From the NCBI GenBank assembly GCA_002104905.1, contig MCFE01000743.1:1-40248 (forward strand): a stretch of DNA of 40,248 nucleotides, given 5' to 3'. Source of the stretch: Basidiobolus meristosporus CBS 931.73 (Eukaryota; Fungi; Basidiobolomycota). The stretch's first letter is position 1, and the number at the start of each line of letters is the position of its first letter. Positions 35,043 through 40,248 of this stretch are shown here, in pieces. The position numbers and the translations under genes were made by a program. Under the pieces are notes generated by a model that made no database searches, was not told where the DNA came from, and was given only the letters and a program-made list of their open reading frames with translations.

Positions 35043-35567
35043 TTAGGGGGAGGAAAGTCACCAAGTGGTGAAATCTTTATTTACTTATGACAAGTATCTA
35101 AAGAAGCCAAGTTAATCTGAAGTAATTCCTAGAAAGCTAGGTCTGAGAGATATCATCCTGGTAAGCCAGGTCTGAGAGTTGAGAAGCTGAGTGGTACTAT
35201 ATTTCCTAGTTAGCTAGGTCTGAGAGAGGTTTCCTGGAAAGCCAGGCCTGAGAAGTGAGAATCTGAATATATCTGAGCTGAGTTATACTGGTTTGCGGTA
35301 GCTGAATTGTGGCCGGAATGGCCAGTAGACTGGGGGAACTGAGATGAAATTCTGGGCAATCACTGGCCATATTTACTAGGCAAATCTGGCCAATTAGCAT
35401 TTCAAGGATTTCAGCCAATCAGAGCCTTTACTTTGCCCGATGGTTGATCAAGCCATCTCCCAATGAGCACACATCAATTTATTAATCAAATTTTGTTGGA
35501 TCCAGGATTTGAACCCACAACCATGGGTATGGAAGGGTTAGGGATAACCACAAGGCTAAGTGTTCTT
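35043..35567 (-). mobile_element. tRNA-headed SINE-like element, copy 1
   Basis: A-box-like TAGCCTTGTGG (35548-35558) and exact B box GGTTCAAATCC (35505-35515) at tRNA spacing; non-coding body; 3' tail shared with the LINE; near-identical second copy at 37778-38299. Confidence 0.78.
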
Positions 35568-35569
35568 GG

Positions 35570-37770
35570 TTAGGGGGGGAGACAGTCACCAACAGGTGAA
35601 ATCTTTATTTCAGTTGAAACAAAGAAGCCAGCGCTACTGTTGTAGCTTTGATACAAGAGTGTGTAGCTGAGGGGAATTTGTAGGTAAGTTAATAAGAAGT
35701 GATGATAGTTCTTCAGTGCTCAAGACACTGTTCAGTGGGAAGGGGGGTAGCAAGAGAGGTAAGAATGACTTGTGAACAACATTAATGAGGGGAATGTGAC
35801 AAGGATTGATATTCATCATAAAGGGAGTGTGCTGCTGCAGATATTGCTGCCAAAGGTCTGTCAAGTACTTCAGGTAGGCCAGCTTGGGTTTTTCTGACTG
35901 CAGAATATAGTGAGCAAACTTCTTGACTTCAGCATCTCCAAGTATAGTTCTCCAGCAGGAGCCAGGTGTTGTGTGGTGTGTTCTCTTCCAGGCCTTAATC
36001 AGTGGGTTGTTGCAGTTGTGAAGTCTGAGGTATAATCTGGTTCTAAGGTAGAGAAGTCTGATCTTATAGGGCATAAACCCAAAAGCACCAAGAATAGCAT
36101 GTCTGTAGGGGCATTCAGGCAAATGAGGCACCAAGGAGGTAATGCACCATACTGCAAACTTGTCAAGCTTAGTGCAGTCTCTAGAAGTAAGAGAGAGAAG
36201 TGGTAAGCCAAATTCCAGGACAGGGAAGACAAACTGCTTGAGTAGAAGGAGGCAGCTGGGAGCTGAAGTTGTAGGAGGAGTAACAGCCAACAGCTTGTGG
36301 AGTGCCTGTCTTGCAAGGATAATTCTCTTCTTCAGGTGTGATCCAGAGTCTAGTCCAGTAGGAAGGAAAGGAAAGCCAAGATATGTAGCAGAAACCTGAG
36401 CAGGTAGAGTGGAGTTCTCCAAGTTGATGGGAGAGCCCAAAGGTACTGTCTTTGCAATGGAAAGCTGGAGATTATTCTTCTGCAGATACTGGTGGATGGT
36501 CTGGGAGTCTTGTTGCACATTGGAGGAGGATATTCTGATGTCATCAGCAAAGAGAGTAACCAGGCAGTCAGCTGAGAGTCTTGGGAAATCATTCAGGAAG
36601 ATGGCAAGCAGTATAGGACCAAGCACAGAGCCTTGAACCACTCCATTAGGAACTGAGAACACAGCTGATTGCTCACTTGGGTGCAGAATTCTTGCTTGTG
36701 GATCCAGAAACAGAGACCTGACAAGGAGGGTGAGAGAGGTACTGGAGAAGCATTGCAACTTGGACCAAAGCAGATTTCTGTCAACTGAATCAAAGGCCTT
36801 GGTAATATCAAACAGAACAGAGGGATACTTGCACTGGAGAGAGTGATCTTCGCTAAGTATGACTGCATATTCCAAGGAGAGGCCAGGAACAAAGCCAAAC
36901 TGTGCAGGATGAAACTTGAGAGAGTCAGAGTAGAGCTCCTGAGCAAGCAGAAGCTCAAACACCTTTCTGCAGGTGGGCAGCAGAGATATTGGCCTGTAGG
37001 AGCTAGGATCCAGGTGCTTTCCTTTACCCTTGTACAGTGGCAGAACATTTGCAAAGGACCATTCCTCAGGAGTAGAAAGCTGGGCTGAGCATTGCTGAAA
37101 CAGTGGAAGCAGAAGTGCAGACATGGCCTTGGTACTAGTCTTCAGAAGCTCATAAGAGATTGTGTCCACACCTGGAGCAGTAGAGTTGGGAAGCCTCTTG
37201 AGCACATTATGGATTCTCCTTTGATCAAGTGCAAGTGGGATGGGCAGAGTCTTGAAGTCAGGATGAAAGCCAGGAGTTGAGTACTGCTTTGTAGAGAAGA
37301 AGATGTTAGCCAGCTGTTCTGTTGAAGGTAACTTCCTGGAAGAGGGCCTCATTGCCCTGTAGAGTCTTGATACTGTTCTTGTTATAGAGTTGGAAGATTG
37401 CAGAGGCAAGGAACTCATAATATGATCCCAGAGCTGAGTATGCAGAGTGTGGTGAATTGCCTTGGAGTGGTGTATTGCTGTCAGGAGGAGTTTCTCTGTT
37501 TTTGGGTTAGGGAAGCTCAGGTAGCTTTGTTGAAGGGCTGAAACAATGGATTCCCATTTTCTTGAGGTAACAGCAGTAGTCTTGCATGGCAGTGAGAGGG
37601 AGGCAGACACCAGAATCAGATGCTTCACAAAGAGCCAGGCAAAGTTGAGATCATCTGGCAGAGAAAGTAGCAAACTGGCAAGCTTCAAGTAGTTCCCAAA
37701 GTCTTTCTTCTGATTCTTGGTAGCTTTGTGGGTGAGCACAGTAAGTTTTGGCAGCTTCTTCTTCACAACT
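35570..37770 (-). mobile_element. Non-LTR (LINE-type) retrotransposon copy A, 5'-truncated, open 710-codon RT ORF (35634-37766)
   Basis: APGVDTISYELLK, EWSFANVLPLYKGKG, SYRPISLLPTCRKVFE, QFGF, FDITKAFDSV, GVVQGSVLGP, FADD, YLG. No endonuclease, RNase H or CCHC knuckle in the retained part. Confidence 0.96.
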
Positions 37771-37777
37771 GGTTGGG

Positions 37778-38299
37778 TTAGGGGAGGACAGTCACCAAGT
37801 GGTGAAATCTTTATTTACTTATGACAAGTATCTAAAGAAGCCAAGTTATTCTGAAGTAATTCCTAGAAAGCTAGGTCTGAGAGATATCATCCTGGTAAGC
37901 CAGGTCTGAGAGTTGAGAAGCTGAGTGGTACTGTATTTCCTAGTTAGCTAGGTCTTAGAGAGGTTTCCTGGAAAGCCAGGCCTGAGAAGTGAGAATCTGA
38001 ATATATCTGAGCTAAGTTATACTGGTTTGCGGTAGCTGAATTGTGGCCGGAATGGCCAGTAGACTGGGGGAACTGAGATGAATTTCTGGGCGATCACTGG
38101 CCAAATTTACTAGGCAAATCTGGCCAATTAGCATTTCAAGGATTTCAGCCAATCAGAGCCTTTACTTTGCCCAATGGTTGATCAAGCCATCTCCCAATGA
38201 GCACACATCAATTTATTAATCAAATTTTGCTGGATCCAGGATTTGAACCCACAACCATGGGTATGGAAGGGTTAGGGATAACCACAAGGCTAAGTGTTC
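37778..38299 (-). mobile_element. tRNA-headed SINE-like element, copy 2
   Basis: Near-identical to 35043-35567; B box 38239-38249, A-box-like 38282-38292. Confidence 0.78.
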
Positions 38300-38303
38300 T
38301 TGG

Positions 38304-38350
38304 TTAGGGGGGAGACAGTCACCAACAGGTGAAATCTTTATTTCAGTTGA
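38304..38350 (-). mobile_element. 47-bp isolated 3' tail of the LINE
   Basis: ttaggggggagacagtcaccaacaggtgaaatctttatttcagttga, matching the copy A/B tail apart from G-run length. Confidence 0.88.
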
Positions 38351-38354
38351 AGGG

Positions 38355-38560
38355 TTAGGGTTAGGGGGGGGGAGGGAAAGTCACCAAGTTGGTGAAATCT
38401 TTATTTGGGTTAAGAACTAATCTAAGTACAAATAAAGAAGCCAATTAAGAGGTCTAGAACCTCTCTAATAAGTAATCTAATTTATGTTTTGTTTCATCTC
38501 TAATGTTTGTTTCAATAAAGTAAAGCTCATCAGGGGTAAATATAAAATTCAGGGGTTTTG
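38355..38560 (-). mobile_element. Third short family (~200 bp, AT-rich body) carrying the same 3' tail
   Basis: TTAGGGTTAGGG-Gn-AGGGAAAGTCACCAAGTTGGTGAAATCTTTATTT...AAAGAAGCCA, then a body unlike the LINE or SINE. Confidence 0.65.
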
Positions 38561-38563
38561 GGG

Positions 38564-40248
38564 TTAGGGGGGAGACAGTCACCAACAGGTGAAATCTTTA
38601 TTTCAGTTGAAACAAAGAAGCCAGCGCTACTGTTGTAGCTTTGATACAAGAGTGTGTAGCTGAGGGGAATTTGTAGGTAAGTTAATAAGAAGTGATGATA
38701 GTTCTTCAGTGCTCAAGACACTGTTCAGTGGGAAGGGGGGTAGCAAGAGAGGTAAGAATGACTTGTGAACAACATTAATGAGGGGAATGTGATAAGGATT
38801 GATATTCATCATAAAGGGAGTGTGCTGCTGCAGATATTGCTGCCAAAGGTCTGTCAAGTACTTCAGGTAGGCCAGCTTGGGTTTTTCTGACTGCAGAATA
38901 TAGTGAGCAAACTTCTTGACTTCAGCATCTCCAAGTATAGTTCTCCAGCAGGAGCCAGGTGTTGTGTGGTGTGTTCTCTTCCAGGCCTTAATCAGTGGGT
39001 TGTTGCAGTTGTGAAGTCTGAGGTATAATCTGGTTCTAAGGTAGAGAAGTCTGATCTTATAGGGCATAAACCCAAAAGCACCAAGAATAGCATGTCTGTA
39101 GGGGCATTCAGGCAAATGAGGCACCAAGGAGGTAATGCACCATACTGCAAACTTGTCAAGCTTAGTGCAGTCTCTAGAAGTAAGAGAGAGAAGTGGTAAG
39201 CCAAATTCCAGGACAGGGAAGACAAACTGCTTGAGTAGAAGGAGGCAGCTGGGAGCTGAAGTTGTAGGAGGAGTAACAGCCAGTAGCTTGTGGAGTGCCT
39301 GTCTTGCCAGGATAATTCTCTTCTTCAGGTGTGCTCCAGAGTCTAGTCCAGTAGGAAGGAAAGGAAAGCCAAGATATGTAGCAGAAACCTGAGCAGGTAG
39401 AGTGGAGTTCTCCAAGTTGATGGGAGAGCCCAAAGGTACTGTCTTTGCAATGGAAAGCTGGAGATTATTCTTCTGCAGATACTGGTGGATGGTCTGGGAG
39501 TCTTGTTGCACATTGGAGGAGGATATTCTGATGTCATCAGCAAAGAGAGTAACCAGGCAGTCAGCTGAGAGTCTTGGGAAATCATTCAGGAAGATGGCAA
39601 GCAGTATAGGACCAAGCACAGAGCCTTGAACCACTCCATTAGGAACTGAGAACACAGCTGATTGCTCACTTGGGTGCAGAATTCTTGCTTGTGGATCCAG
39701 AAACAGAGACCTGACAAGGAGGGTGAGAGAGGTACTGGAGAAGCATTGCAACTTGGACCAAAGCAGATTTCTGTCAACTGAATCAAAGGCCTTAGTTATA
39801 TCAAACAGAACAGAGGGATACTTGCACTGGAGAGAGTGATCTTGGCTAAGTATGACTGCATATTCCAAGGAGAGGCCAGGAACAAAGCCAAACTGTGCAG
39901 GATGAAACTTGAGGGAGTCAGAGTAGAGCTCCTGAGCAAGCAGAAGCTCAAACACCTTTCTGCAGGTGGGCAGTAGAGATATTGGCCTGTAGGAGCTAGG
40001 ATCCAGGTGCTTTCCTTTACCCTTGTACAGTGGCAGAACATTTGCAAAGGACCATTCCTCAGGAGTAGAAGCTGGCTGAGCATTGCTGAAACAGTGGAAG
40101 CAGAGTGCAGACATGGCCTTGGTACTAGTCTTCAGAAGCTCATAGGAGATTGTGTCCACACCTGGAGCAGTAGAGTTGGGAAGCCTCTTGAGCACATTAT
40201 GGATTCTCCTTTGATCAAGTGCAAGTGGGATGGGCAGAGTCTTGAAGT
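38564..40248 (-). mobile_element. Non-LTR retrotransposon copy B (runs off the window), near-identical to copy A
   Basis: ORF 38627-40195 has the same RT motifs; only scattered substitutions and three 1-nt deletions relative to copy A. Confidence 0.96.

Noticed and set aside
35128-35260. Hammerhead ribozyme in the SINE (CTGAGAG repeats next to hairpins)
   Set aside because: No proper CUGANGA plus GAAA core with three stems found on either strand.
35634-37766. Calling the LINE endonuclease-deficient (Athena/Coprina-like PLE)
   Set aside because: The RT motifs are LINE-type, not Penelope-type. The ORF has no ATG start and begins at a TTAGGG junction, and its N-terminal FAWLFVKHLILVSASLSLP resembles the linker that follows an APE domain. 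The copy is 5'-truncated, so absence of an endonuclease cannot be concluded.
33235-38625. Repeated tails with unique intervening DNA as a CRISPR-like array
   Set aside because: Intervening segments are 50-2200 bp retroelement bodies in a eukaryotic context; no cas genes.
40060-40110. Locally different peptide in copy B (CFHCFSNAQPA vs LLPLFQQCSAQL)
   Set aside because: Caused by three single-base deletions in short runs that restore the frame; most simply sequencing/polishing errors, not a biological variant.

Overview
Intron-rich eukaryotic DNA, almost certainly fungal (short GT-AG introns with CTAAC branch points and fungal-type genes; an early-diverging lineage is likely, but that is inference). 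A ~30 kb CpG-containing gene island (~2.1-32.3 kb) is flanked by CpG-depleted repeat DNA. The island holds an alpha/beta hydrolase, TRM11 (with a 3-nt microexon in its catalytic DPPY motif), CTF4/Mcl1, a non-coding spliced host transcript carrying a U45-like C/D snoRNA, a G-protein gamma subunit, TBCE/PAC2, GPALPP1, VPS37, a half-LIM protein, a signal peptide-TM-SH3 protein, an FHA+tandem-BRCT (MDC1/Mdb1-like) protein and a Ser-rich ORF. On the left is a dead Ty1/copia remnant. The most striking part is the right end (32.5-40.2 kb): a head-to-tail array of co-oriented minus-strand non-LTR retroelements. It comprises a LINE-type RT element, a tRNA-headed SINE-like partner, a third short family and ORF1-bearing deletion derivatives. 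All share one structured 3' tail, and at seven of eight tails the junction is the telomeric hexamer TTAGGG. Older copies lie on the gene side and near-identical intact copies distally. This polarity is what telomere-end-primed retrotransposition would produce (HeT-A/TART-like logic). Whether a telomere actually lies to the right cannot be seen in this window.
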